A stretch of 64,000 bases of DNA from Thermodesulfobacteriota bacterium (GTDB lineage Bacteria; Desulfobacterota_D; UBA1144; Nemesobacterales; Nemesobacteraceae). The notes beneath the pieces are model-generated. The model made no database searches. It saw only the letters and a list, made by a program, of their open reading frames with translations, and was not told the origin of the DNA. Shown in pieces: positions 54,353 to 64,000 of this stretch. Position numbers and translations under genes: made by a program. Every line of letters starts with the position of its first letter. Position 1 is the stretch's first letter. The stretch lies in assembly GCA_965202785.1 (NCBI GenBank), contig OZ241855.1:1376001-1440000 (forward strand), read 5' to 3'.

Positions 54353-54997
54353 ATGTCAAAAAAAGATAATTTCCATTCACGCCAGTACCTGAAATTGAAA
54401 CTTGAAAGAAAAGATCTTGACGAAGACCCGTTTGTTCAGTTTGACCTCTGGTATGGCGAGGTTCTCAAAGCGGAAATCGATTTTCCAAATGCTTTTATTC
54501 TTTCTACGGTAGGAGCGGACCGCGTTCCGTCCTCAAGAGTGGTGCTTCTCAAGGGTTATGACGAAAGGGGCTTTTCCTTCTATTCGAATTCCTTTAGCCG
54601 CAAGGGCCGGGATATAGCTGAGAATCCGGTTGCTTCGCTTTGCTTCTGGTGGCCTGAATTTGAAAGGCAGGTGAAAATAGACGGTGAAGTCTCACTTCTG
54701 CCGGAACGGGAAGCCGATGAATACTTTAAGTCTAGACCTCGCCAAAGCCGCATAGGAGCATGTGTTTCGAGGCAGAGCGAAGTTCTTGCAAGCAGGCAGC
54801 TGCTTGAGAAGGAATACGAACAGTTCCGGTCTGAATGGAAGGGAAAGGGTATAGCGCGCCCTGAATTCTGGAAAGGATACGTAGTGGAACCTCTTCGCTT
54901 TGAGTTCTGGCAGGGAAGAAAAAACAGGCTTCACGACCGGTTCAGATACATTCCTTCCCCAGATGGCGGCTGGAGTATAGACAGACTTTACCCGTAA
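54353..54997 (+). CDS. pdxH: Pyridoxine/pyridoxamine 5'-phosphate oxidase
   Basis: RVVLLKG, YFKSRP, EFWQGRKNRLHDR, RLYP. Confidence 0.95.
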   Translation: MSKKDNFHSRQYLKLKLERKDLDEDPFVQFDLWYGEVLKAEIDFPNAFILSTVGADRVPSSRVVLLKGYDERGFSFYSNSFSRKGRDIAENPVASLCFWWPEFERQVKIDGEVSLLPEREADEYFKSRPRQSRIGACVSRQSEVLASRQLLEKEYEQFRSEWKGKGIARPEFWKGYVVEPLRFEFWQGRKNRLHDRFRYIPSPDGGWSIDRLYP

Positions 54998-55026
54998 CCG
55001 TTGGGCCAAGGCCCCGAAGAGTCTGA

Positions 55027-55704
55027 TTATCTGGTTGCCTGATAAAGCGCTACCACTCCCATGGTGAGTTCTGAGTACTCACAGTCGCGAAACCCTGCGT
55101 TTTCAATATCTCGCATAAAATTTTCTCTCTGAGGAAACGCGGCGGCGGATTCAGCCAAATACTTGTACTCTTTGCCCCTGCCGTAAATGCTTCCGACAAA
55201 GGGCATCAAGACTTTGAAATAAACCATGTAAATGGGTTTGAAAACGGGATTTCTCGGGATCGCGAATTCAAGTATGAAAAGTTTCCCGTTTTCCCTTAAG
55301 ACCCTTCTTATTTCCCTCAGGGAAAGTTCGTAATCGACGGTGTTTCTTATGCCGAAGGCTATGGTGACGGAGTCGAACTGTTCTTCCGCAAAGGGAAGAT
55401 TTTCCGCAGCAGCTGACACAAGCGCTATTTTTTCCCTGAAATCAAGGTCTTCGATCTTTTTTTTCGCTATCCGCAGCATGTTCATGCTGGGATCGATACC
55501 AACAGTTCTGGTTGAGGGGTATTTTTTCGCAACCTCGATCGCGACTTCCGCCGTACCGGTTGCTATGTCCAGATTGTACTCGGCACCGCGCAACTCATCC
55601 GCCAGCTTTTTTCTCCAAAGTTTGTGAATTCCGAGGCTGAACAGAGTATTTAGCCAGTCGTAGTGACTTGCCACTTCGTCAAAAATCTTTTTCGTTTCAG
55701 GCAT
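55027..55704 (-). CDS. ubiE: UbiE/MenG-family quinone C-methyltransferase
   Basis: YDWLNTLFSLGIHKLWR, LDIATGT, IAFGIRN, YKYLAES. Confidence 0.88.
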   Translation of the reverse strand: MPETKKIFDEVASHYDWLNTLFSLGIHKLWRKKLADELRGAEYNLDIATGTAEVAIEVAKKYPSTRTVGIDPSMNMLRIAKKKIEDLDFREKIALVSAAAENLPFAEEQFDSVTIAFGIRNTVDYELSLREIRRVLRENGKLFILEFAIPRNPVFKPIYMVYFKVLMPFVGSIYGRGKEYKYLAESAAAFPQRENFMRDIENAGFRDCEYSELTMGVVALYQATR

Positions 55705-56582
55705 CAGACGGATTCCAGGATCTTTTCTATGTGAGAGGTTCTGTTAAGAACGTAGAAATGAATTCCCGGTACTCCTTTATCGATAAGTTCCCTTACCTGG
55801 TCTCTGCACTGGGCGATTCCCACTTCCACCGCCTTGCGGTTGTCGTCTCCTGCATCATCCAATTTCTTTTTCAGTGATGCGGGTATTTCCGTTCCGCAAA
55901 GCGAGGATATTCTTATTACCTGTTTTGATGAGAGTACGGGCATAAGGCCTGGGATAATGGGGAGGTCTATTCCGACTGCTCTTACCCTGTCAACGTAATC
56001 AAAATAGTAGCGGTTATCGAAAAAAAGCTGGGTGATTATGATGTCGGCCCCAGCGTCCACTTTCTTTTTCAGGTTCGCTATGTCTTCATCAAAGCTCGGG
56101 GATTCGATATGTTTTTCCGGGTAACCAGCGATTGCTATGGAAAACTGCTGCGGTTTTTCTTTTTCGTATTTTCTTATGTGTTCCACGAGTTGGTTTGCGT
56201 GCTGGAAAGCTCCCTCGGACAGAAGCTTCTCGCCATTTTCCTTCGGAATATCTCCCCTGAGGGCCACTATGTTGCGTATTTTCTCCTGTTCAATCTGTTC
56301 GAGCATCAGATCTATTTCCTTTTCGGAATATCCTATGCAGGTCAGATGGCAGGCGCTTTCCGTCCCGATAACATTTTTTATGTAGGAGGCAACTTCAGCT
56401 GTTCTTTTGCGCCCCTTTCCCATGGCACCGTGTGTTACCGTTATTATGGCGGGTGAAAGTTCAGCGAGTTTCGCAAGGGTGTCTTTGAGTTTTTCAAATT
56501 CAGGATCGTCTTTCGGAGGAAAGACCTCAAAGGATATAAGAGGAGTATCTTTTTTTTTGTTTTTGTATTCAGAAAAATTCAC
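55704..56582 (-). CDS. metF: 5,10-methylenetetrahydrofolate reductase
   Basis: SFEVFPPK, HLTC, ALRGD, AGYPEKH, ITQLFF, HFYVLNR. Confidence 0.95.
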   Translation of the reverse strand: MNFSEYKNKKKDTPLISFEVFPPKDDPEFEKLKDTLAKLAELSPAIITVTHGAMGKGRKRTAEVASYIKNVIGTESACHLTCIGYSEKEIDLMLEQIEQEKIRNIVALRGDIPKENGEKLLSEGAFQHANQLVEHIRKYEKEKPQQFSIAIAGYPEKHIESPSFDEDIANLKKKVDAGADIIITQLFFDNRYYFDYVDRVRAVGIDLPIIPGLMPVLSSKQVIRISSLCGTEIPASLKKKLDDAGDDNRKAVEVGIAQCRDQVRELIDKGVPGIHFYVLNRTSHIEKILESV

Positions 56583-56595
56583 GGTTTTTCCTCGA

Positions 56596-56741
56596 GAGCC
56601 AGAGTTTGTAAGGTGGTCTTTGTTTCAATTTCCAACGGGGTTCCGAAGTCCAAAAGTGCCGTAATCAAAATAGCCGGATCAAACCCACGGAGATAATCTA
56701 CCTTGTGGAATTCCGTGTCCTCTTACATGTAAATATGGCTC
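56596..56741 (-). ncRNA. Candidate rod-shaped structured RNA (metF leader or 6S-like)
   Basis: Nested end-to-end pairings found by hand, with several G-U pairs that work only on the minus strand; lies directly after a sigma70-like promoter. Confidence 0.35.
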
Positions 56742-56745
56742 GCTC

Positions 56746-56774
56746 AATATACCTTGCGTTATATTACACATCAA
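56746..56774 (-). promoter_or_regulatory. Putative sigma70 promoter upstream of metF
   Basis: Minus strand TTGATG, 17-nt spacer, TATATT. Confidence 0.5.
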
Positions 56775-56802
56775 GCTGATACTGTAGCGGGAAAAGTTTA
56801 GG

Positions 56803-57270
56803 CTATTCCTTTCGATTTCCAAACAATTTTCTAAGACATGAGCTTCTGTAATTGAATATGGAGTCCAGTTTCCTGCTTACCAGAAGCGAATTTGCCAATC
56901 TTCCGATCGGGTCAAACGGCAGGGAGTAGTGAACGAGGTCCCGGACCTGCGTTTGCTCCCCGACCTGTGCAAAGAAATGCTTGTGGTGCCAGAACTTGTA
57001 GGGTCCGAATCGCTGCTCGTCAACGAAATAGTGCGGCGGATCAACCTGAGTTATTTCCGTTGCCCAGGTGCTTGTGAAAAAGGGGATAGGCTTTACGGTG
57101 TAAGTGATTATCATGCCGGGATATATTTTTTCTTCTGCCTCAGATGTTATCCGCAGGTTGAGTTCCGAGGGAGTTATCCTGGGAAGATTGTTCGGATTGG
57201 AGAAAAAATCCCAGGCCGTTTCAAGAGAAACCTGCAAAAGCTCCGTTCTCTCAAGCGTGTATATCTTCAT
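56803..57270 (-). CDS. SRPBCC family protein
   Basis: WDFFSNPNNLPRITP, FVDEQRFGPYKFWHHKH, IFNYR. Confidence 0.88.
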   Translation of the reverse strand: MKIYTLERTELLQVSLETAWDFFSNPNNLPRITPSELNLRITSEAEEKIYPGMIITYTVKPIPFFTSTWATEITQVDPPHYFVDEQRFGPYKFWHHKHFFAQVGEQTQVRDLVHYSLPFDPIGRLANSLLVSRKLDSIFNYRSSCLRKLFGNRKE

Positions 57271-58433
57271 TTTTCTTCAGTCTGTTCCAAGGGCGGCCTG
57301 GGAAGCCCTACAAAGCTCCACAGTATTAAGAACAAAAGTCCGAGTATCAGGGGCAAGGACGGGTGTGTCTCATAAAGTATACCGGCGGACATTCCCCCCA
57401 CGCAGGCCCCCATAAAATTCGCCAGATTGAAAAAACCGGAGAGAAAACCCCTGTTCTCCGAGGAGACTCTCTGCGTAACAAACGCGGGGAGTATGGACTG
57501 AAATATGGTGTGCCCGAAAAAGAACACTCCTCCCGCGATGTAGAGGGTGGTGCTGTCGGATTCCCGAAGCAGATAGATTAAAAAGGCGGCCACTAAAAAG
57601 AAAAGCCCGAACTGAGCTGCCTGCCTGAGCGTTTTTCTCGTCTCGGAAATCCTGATGTAGAGGTTAACCAGAAGTGCGCTTGGGGCGAGTATTACCAAGT
57701 AGACGAACCACAGGTCTTGGGGGCCGGTACCGATATTTTTCCAGTCCAGGGGATAGATGAACAGAATAAGGTTAAGGGTGAGGGAGGTTATGAAGGTTGA
57801 AGAAAGAATTTTTCCAATTTCCGGTTCCCTGAGTTTGAGAAGAATTTCTTTTCTGTCCCTTGTTTTTTTCTTTGGAAGTTCTGGGAAGATGAAAAAAGCA
57901 ACCAGCATCGCCGCTAAACCTAGGGCCGCGAGTATGAAGAAAAGGCTCTCGAAACCGAATTTTGTCGCGAGTACCGGGCCGATTACAAGTGAAGTTATAA
58001 ATGCAATCCCGACTATTATCCCGGTCAGCATAAAAGACTGTGCCCTTACTTCGTTTCTTGTGGAATCTCCGAGGGTGGCCAGGGCGACCGCACCTATCGC
58101 GCCGCTTCCCTGAAGCGCCCTGGTTATTATGAGTTCCCAGATGTTGTCCGCGAAACCGCAGAGAACGCTTCCAATGCAAAAGATCAGAAGGCCCAACACT
58201 ATTACCGGTTTTCTTCCGAATCTGTCACTTGCCATGCCGAAAGGTATCTGCAGCAGACTCTGGGTAAGTGCGTATATTCCAAATGCAACTCCGGCGGATG
58301 AGAGAGTTGCTCCCTCGTAGTTTACGGCGTATATGCTGAAAACGGGAATTATCAGGAATATTCCTAGAAGCCTGAGTGCAATTATTGTTCCTATTACTAG
58401 AACGGAGCGAAGTTCATGTCTGTTCAGTTTCAT
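57267..58433 (-). CDS. MFS transporter (YajR-like)
   Basis: Many hydrophobic segments, motif A GMASDRFGRK, RALQGSGA. Confidence 0.9.
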   Translation of the reverse strand: MKLNRHELRSVLVIGTIIALRLLGIFLIIPVFSIYAVNYEGATLSSAGVAFGIYALTQSLLQIPFGMASDRFGRKPVIVLGLLIFCIGSVLCGFADNIWELIITRALQGSGAIGAVALATLGDSTRNEVRAQSFMLTGIIVGIAFITSLVIGPVLATKFGFESLFFILAALGLAAMLVAFFIFPELPKKKTRDRKEILLKLREPEIGKILSSTFITSLTLNLILFIYPLDWKNIGTGPQDLWFVYLVILAPSALLVNLYIRISETRKTLRQAAQFGLFFLVAAFLIYLLRESDSTTLYIAGGVFFFGHTIFQSILPAFVTQRVSSENRGFLSGFFNLANFMGACVGGMSAGILYETHPSLPLILGLLFLILWSFVGLPRPPLEQTEEK

Positions 58434-58645
58434 GGCGTTTTCCCGGGATTTTCCGTTCCGGTTTTGCTTTTAACAAGGAAATTAAAAAACCGGTCCAATG
58501 AAAGATAGGGTATTTATCGCGTTTAACAATGGCAGAACCCTTTAAGATAATGAAAAAAACCGGAACTTAAAAGAAGTTTGTTAGAGAAAGACATTTGCGA
58601 TGTAGGCCTGAAACTTGATTCAGAGGCTGGTATAATTTCCATTCT

Positions 58646-58710
58646 AGCTGACCCGGGGAATACGGAACCGGCGAACAGGTAGTTCGAATGAACTTCCTCC
58701 CTCAGCTTTT
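58646..58710 (+). ncRNA. Candidate structured 5' leader RNA of alr
   Basis: AGCTGA/TCAGCT closing stem with two internal hairpins, just after an extended -10 (TGGTATAAT, 58628-58636). Confidence 0.35.
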
Positions 58711-58727
58711 GGAGAAATTTCCAGGCG

Positions 58728-59816
58728 ATGAGACCTACTTGGGCTGAAATCAGTCTCGATTCTTTTAAGTCAAATCTTGGCGAAGTAAGAAGAATTGTAG
58801 GGGAGAATGTCCGTATTATGGCAATTGTCAAAGCCGACGCTTACGGGCACGGTGCGGTAAGGTTAAGTGAAGTTGCCCTTAGTAATGGAGCGGATATTTT
58901 AGGGGTAGCCACCGTACCGGAGGCGATGGAACTCAGGGAAGCTGGAATAAAAAACGGAATATTTCTTCTTGGAGGGATTGATCCCCGGGAAGCCGGTGTA
59001 GTAGTGGAGAACACGCTTACTCCGGCGTGTTATTCTTTCGATGTGCTTCAAGCTCTCTCTCTAGCTGCCGTTGAGTGTGGAAAAACAGTCGGTTATCACC
59101 TGAAAGTCGATACGGGAATGACCAGGCTCGGGGTGGGAGTAGGCGACATAGAATCTTTTTTCGCTTCGGCCGCCAACCTTCCCGGAGTAACGCTTGAGGG
59201 TGTTTTCACGCATCTTGCTTCCTCTGAGATTCACCAAAGCGATTATACGGATTATCAGCTCGGGATTTTCCGCGAGGGCCTTTTTTTTCTTGACGAGCTA
59301 GGAATTAAATACCGCTACGTCCATTCCGCAAACAGCGCCTCCATTCAGAGATTTCCGGATTCTCACATGGATATCGTAAGACCCGGGATAATGCTTTACG
59401 GTTCAGGCGACATGGGGGAGGTTGGCCTAAGGCCCGTTATGGAACTCAAAACGAGGATAGTGCAGCTCAGAGAAGTTCCCCAGGACACTTCGGTCGGCTA
59501 CGGAGGAACTTTCGCTACCAGGAGAGAAACACTGATTGCAACCCTTCCGGTTGGATATGCCGATGGCTACCCAAGAGCTCTTTCAAACAGGGCGAAAGTC
59601 TCTCTCGGCGGGAGACTCGCTCCGCTTATAGGGTCCGTCTGCATGGATTTCATCATGGTCGATGTAACGGACATTCCGGGTGTCTGTGTTGGAGATGAAG
59701 CAGTGCTTTTCGGAGACGGACTCGTGAGCGTCGAGGATGTCTCCTCCTGGGCCCAGACCATACCCTACGAAGTCTTGTCACGGATTTCGCCGAGGGTCCC
59801 GAGGTGTTACGTATGA
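58728..59816 (+). CDS. alr: Alanine racemase
   Basis: AIVKADAYGHG, KVDTGMTRLG, VRPGIMLYG, GYADG, CMD. Confidence 0.97.
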   Translation: MRPTWAEISLDSFKSNLGEVRRIVGENVRIMAIVKADAYGHGAVRLSEVALSNGADILGVATVPEAMELREAGIKNGIFLLGGIDPREAGVVVENTLTPACYSFDVLQALSLAAVECGKTVGYHLKVDTGMTRLGVGVGDIESFFASAANLPGVTLEGVFTHLASSEIHQSDYTDYQLGIFREGLFFLDELGIKYRYVHSANSASIQRFPDSHMDIVRPGIMLYGSGDMGEVGLRPVMELKTRIVQLREVPQDTSVGYGGTFATRRETLIATLPVGYADGYPRALSNRAKVSLGGRLAPLIGSVCMDFIMVDVTDIPGVCVGDEAVLFGDGLVSVEDVSSWAQTIPYEVLSRISPRVPRCYV

Positions 59817-59847
59817 TTTTTATTAGTTAGTCTGAGGAAAATCTGCA

Positions 59848-60297
59848 ATGAGAATTGTTATACAGAGGGTAATCAAAGCGTCAGTTAGCGTTGACGGAAA
59901 TGTGGTCGGCAGTATCGGCCCGGGAATGGTAGTTCTTATTGGAGTTGAGAAAGATGACTCGAAAAAAGAAATTGCTTATGTCGCGGAGAAGGTAGCTGGC
60001 CTAAGGATATTTGAGGACTCCTCAGGCAAAATGAACCTGAGTATCAAGGATACGGGAGGAGAGATCTTGGCTGTCTCCCAGTTTACCCTCTACGGTGATT
60101 GCAGAAAGGGCAGAAGACCTTCTTACACACGGGCCGCCGGTGGAGATTTTGCGAGGCGGTGCTACGAACTTTTCATTGCTGAGGTCGCGGAACGTGGAAT
60201 TCCGGTTAGAACCGGTGTTTTCGGGGCAGCAATGGATGTTCATATAGTGAACAGCGGTCCAGTCACGCTTCTTATTGACAGTTCCAGGGATTTCTGA
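59848..60297 (+). CDS. dtd: D-aminoacyl-tRNA deacylase
   Basis: VIQRV, SQFTL, NSGPVT. Confidence 0.96.
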   Translation: MRIVIQRVIKASVSVDGNVVGSIGPGMVVLIGVEKDDSKKEIAYVAEKVAGLRIFEDSSGKMNLSIKDTGGEILAVSQFTLYGDCRKGRRPSYTRAAGGDFARRCYELFIAEVAERGIPVRTGVFGAAMDVHIVNSGPVTLLIDSSRDF

Positions 60298-60341
60298 GTT
60301 CATACTGGTTATTTTGTTGCGGCGGATTATTATTAGGGTAG

Positions 60342-60797
60342 ATGAAAACCGTATGCAATCACCCTACCGCTCACAGGGATTATGTGTTTGAGGAGAAGTA
60401 CGAAGCGGGTCTGATCCTCAAGGGTTCCGAGGTTAAATCCCTTAGAAACGGAAACGCCAGCGTCAAGGAAAGCTTTGCTCTGATAAGGGAGGGCGAAGCC
60501 AGGCTTGTTAACTGCTACATAGCCCCTTATGATGCCGCGAGCGGACTTAACCATGAGCCGACGAGGGAGAGAAAGCTTCTGCTGAACTCCCACGAGATAA
60601 GGAAGCTGATTGGAAAAACCAGCATTAGAGGTTACACTTTAATTCCTCTAAAAATTTATTTTAAAAACGGTATCGCAAAACTCGAACTGGCCCTTGCCAA
60701 AGGCAAGAAGACGAGAGATAAAAGAGAGGATATCAAGCGTCGCGAGGCCCAGAGGGATATGCAGAAAGCCGTTAGACGATCTTTGAAACGTTCATAA
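60342..60797 (+). CDS. smpB: SsrA-binding protein
   Basis: EAGLILKGSEVKSLR, RERKLLL, LALAKGKK. Confidence 0.97.
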   Translation: MKTVCNHPTAHRDYVFEEKYEAGLILKGSEVKSLRNGNASVKESFALIREGEARLVNCYIAPYDAASGLNHEPTRERKLLLNSHEIRKLIGKTSIRGYTLIPLKIYFKNGIAKLELALAKGKKTRDKREDIKRREAQRDMQKAVRRSLKRS

Positions 60798-60806
60798 CTT
60801 AGACAC

Positions 60807-61158
<352 letters not shown>

Positions 61159-61290
61159 CTTGTTTCTATAACTACATCAAAATAAAGAATTCTTGGGAAA
61201 TAAAGATTAACTTCCTTTATCTCTCACGCCCAAACAGGATATATGAGTCTAAACTCCGAGGATTTAGCAACTGCTTCTTCGTGATGCGTT

Positions 61291-61650
61291 TTAATCTGTT
61301 ATTGTGGCTATAGCGTCAGAGCGAGATTCGAACACTTCAATGACTTTGTCAAAACCTCCGATCTTGAAAATTTCTTTTACGGAATCAGACAAGGAACACA
61401 ATGCGAATCTCGTATTTCTACCTTGGAGTGTTTTTGCAACAATCAGAATTGAACGCAATCCCGCACTATTGATGTAGGACAGTTTCTCAAGATCCAGAAC
61501 TACAAGATCGCTAGGGGCGATAATTTCGTTGTACAGATTATCGTGGAATTGCCGCGCGTTCATACCATGAACTTGACCGGCTACACTTATCACCAAGACC
61601 CCTTTGATATGATCGGCCTGCAACCTAACTTGATTGTTTTGAATGACCAT
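61291..61650 (-). CDS. STAS-domain anti-sigma factor antagonist
   Basis: VVLDLEKLSYINSAGLR with the phosphoacceptor-type Ser, VKEIFKIGGF. Confidence 0.88.
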   Translation of the reverse strand: MVIQNNQVRLQADHIKGVLVISVAGQVHGMNARQFHDNLYNEIIAPSDLVVLDLEKLSYINSAGLRSILIVAKTLQGRNTRFALCSLSDSVKEIFKIGGFDKVIEVFESRSDAIATITD

Positions 61651-61971
61651 TCTTCATTAACAGAATCTATCTGACTATAGCACTGCAATCAAGATGGGAG
61701 ATTCTATGTTTAATTGCCCGAAAGTTGATCATTGCTAATTATCACACGGAGTTACGTAGCAGTCTTCTGAGGCCCTAAAAGCAGCTGTTTTTTGAGGAAG
61801 ACTTCTGGAATCTATGGGGAGCGGGCCGCTGATCTGCCCCAATTTATGCGTCGAGTCACAGAATGTCCGGATGGCCTTTGATGTGATTCCCAGTTTTAGA
61901 AATTGCCGTCATGCTTATCTATAAGTATTATGTCTACCTTTTTGGGCGCAGTTTCTGTAAATTTGTGGATA

Positions 61972-62565
61972 ATGAAACGCAAAACTATAGTAATTGCCAC
62001 GAGAAACAAGGGGAAGCTCAGAGAATTCAGATCAATTCTTGCTGGCGGCTACGATGAGATCCTTTCTCTAGCGGACTTTGATGAGGTTCCCGAGATAAAG
62101 GAAACGGGCCTTTCTTTCAGAGAAAATGCCTTTATCAAGGCGAAAACAACCTCTGATTTTCTTGGGATGGATTCTATTGGGGATGATTCAGGCTTGGTTG
62201 TAAACGCTCTTGGGGGAGCTCCTGGGATTTATTCGGCAAGATATGCCGGGGAAGGGTCCTCGGATAATGAGAACAACGAAAAACTACTTTCTGAACTCAA
62301 AGGAGAGAAAAACAGGAATGCCAGATTTGTCTGCTGTATTGCTTTAGTGCTTGCGGATGGCTCACAGGAATTTTTTGAAGGCGAGTGCCACGGGCAGATT
62401 ATTCAGGAGAAAAAAGGCCGGAGTGGTTTTGGTTATGACCCGGTTTTCTATGTTCCTCAATACGGAAAGACCATGGCTGAACTCGGTCCCGACATAAAAA
62501 ACAGGATAAGTCACAGGGCTATTGCCTCAGAAAAGCTTCTGTCATATTTTTCGAATTTAAAATAG
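61972..62565 (+). CDS. rdgB: Non-canonical purine NTP pyrophosphatase (Ham1 family)
   Basis: ATRNKGKLRE, DDSGL, PGIYSARYAG, GFGYDP, KNRISHR. Confidence 0.95.
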   Translation: MKRKTIVIATRNKGKLREFRSILAGGYDEILSLADFDEVPEIKETGLSFRENAFIKAKTTSDFLGMDSIGDDSGLVVNALGGAPGIYSARYAGEGSSDNENNEKLLSELKGEKNRNARFVCCIALVLADGSQEFFEGECHGQIIQEKKGRSGFGYDPVFYVPQYGKTMAELGPDIKNRISHRAIASEKLLSYFSNLK

Positions 62566-62776
62566 GTGTTTTGACAATCTGCTTTTGTTTTTTCGTATCT
62601 GTCTTTGCTTTCTGAAGGTCTAAGTGGTCTATGCAATATAAGAAATTTCCCGATTTTGTCTTGTCAGGTTATGTGAAATTTTTGTTTTTAATTGTAAGCT
62701 GCTTCCCAATTGAATATATTTAAATTCCGACCTTTGTTTATTGCGGCTGCTTTAATTTTATAAAGGGGTTTCCTGC

Positions 62777-64000
62777 GTGAAAAGCGCAAAGTTCATTTTT
62801 GTTACCGGCGGAGTTATGTCTTCTCTGGGGAAGGGTATCTCCGCTTCTTCAATAGGTTTCCTTCTTGAATGCTGTGGTCTTCGAGTCACTCTTCAGAAGC
62901 TCGATCCCTATATAAACGTTGATCCGGGCACGATGAATCCTTTCGAGCACGGGGAGGTGTTTGTCACCGATGACGGGGCGGAGACGGATCTCGATCTCGG
63001 TCATTATGAAAGGTTTACCAAAGCCCATCTCGGCAAGAAAAACAATCTCACAAGCGGCAAGGTCTATGATTCCGTTATTTCCAAGGAAAGGGAAGGTAAG
63101 TTCCTAGGCAAAACGGTCCAGGTAATCCCCCACATAACGGATGAAATAAAATCCCGCGTGCGAGCCCTTGAGGACGGCAATGATGTGATCATAGTCGAAA
63201 TCGGCGGCACCGTGGGAGACATAGAAAGCCTTCCTTTTCTAGAGGCGGTAAGGCAGCTGAGATCAGACCTCGGCAAGCAGAACACGCTTTTCATCCATCT
63301 CACGTACGTTCCCTATGTCGCCGCCGCGGGAGAACTGAAAACGAAGCCGACGCAGCACAGCGTGAAGGAGCTTCTCCAGATAGGGATTCAGCCCGACATA
63401 CTTCTGTGCCGAACTGAGGACAAGTTTCTTCCCGAAGACGTCAAGAGAAAGATAGCTCTTTTCTGCAACCTCGAGCAAAAAGCCGTGATTACGGCCAAGG
63501 ATGTTGAGCACATATATGAAGTTCCGCTTATGTACAAAAAAGAGGGACTGGCCGAGATAATCATTGAATATCTTGGCATGTGGACCAAGAAACCCGACAT
63601 GGGGGAGTGGGAAGAACTCGTTCGAAGAGTAAAGAATATGGAAAAAACCGTGCGCATAGCCGTTGTCGGAAAATATGTTTCACACGGAGACGCTTACAAG
63701 AGCCTCCATGAGGCTCTTTACCACGGTGGTTTAGCAAACAACTCAACCGTCGAGATAAAATACGTGGATTCAGAGGAAATGGACGGAACATGTCCCCAGA
63801 ACTACTTCTCCGATGTTCACGGCATACTCGTTCCCGGGGGATTCGGGGAGAGAGGGATTGACGGTAAAGTCGACGCCACGAAGTACGCGAGGGAGAACGG
63901 GATTCCCTTTTTCGGAATTTGCTACGGTATGCAGCTTGCCGTTATTGAGTTCTCAAGGAACGTGTGCGGCATAGATGACGCGGATACGACCGAGAACAAC
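62777..64000 (+). CDS. pyrG: CTP synthase (3' end runs off the window)
   Basis: Manual translation from GTG 62777: [52 protein letters not shown]. Confidence 0.96.
   Translation, partial: MKSAKFIFVTGGVMSSLGKGISASSIGFLLECCGLRVTLQKLDPYINVDPGTMNPFEHGEVFVTDDGAETDLDLGHYERFTKAHLGKKNNLTSGKVYDSVISKEREGKFLGKTVQVIPHITDEIKSRVRALEDGNDVIIVEIGGTVGDIESLPFLEAVRQLRSDLGKQNTLFIHLTYVPYVAAAGELKTKPTQHSVKELLQIGIQPDILLCRTEDKFLPEDVKRKIALFCNLEQKAVITAKDVEHIYEVPLMYKKEGLAEIIIEYLGMWTKKPDMGEWEELVRRVKNMEKTVRIAVVGKYVSHGDAYKSLHEALYHGGLANNSTVEIKYVDSEEMDGTCPQNYFSDVHGILVPGGFGERGIDGKVDATKYARENGIPFFGICYGMQLAVIEFSRNVCGIDDADTTENN

Noticed and set aside
56583-56800. SAM, SAH or cobalamin riboswitch upstream of metF
   Set aside because: The core consensus elements were not found by eye
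58677-58710. tRNA or Y-RNA suggested by GTTCGAAT
   Set aside because: No proper T-stem around the loop, no cloverleaf or CCA end and no Ro60-binding helix; kept only as an unknown leader candidate

Overview
Bacterial chromosomal segment of roughly 50% GC (estimated by eye) that uses AGA/AGG and ATA codons often. Gene content and sequence style suggest a Desulfobacterota/Dadabacteria-like organism, but that is inference only. Most of the window is housekeeping: ugd-epimerase, topA-recG, sucAB, aspS, era, hisIE, rpoZ, ssb-glmU-glmS-purD, a contiguous str-S10-spc-alpha ribosomal cluster (33056-52348) that lacks rpmD, metF-ubiE, alr-dtd-smpB-ssrA, rdgB and a partial pyrG. Accessory genes are scattered between these: a chromosomal traT, a photolyase, arsC, a nucleoside deoxyribosyltransferase-family gene, phoD, an LLM oxidoreductase and a STAS protein. 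I saw no CRISPR array, transposase, integrase, tRNA or rRNA. The most unusual items are (1) a tandem pair of 167-aa FmdB-type zinc-ribbon paralogues whose Cys knuckles are split by a shared inserted domain of about 70-75 aa, (2) two unexplained structured RNA candidates upstream of metF and alr, (3) a tuf gene with strongly G-rich, C-poor codon usage, (4) the orphan traT, and (5) loss of L30 plus an L17 with a repeat-containing tail.
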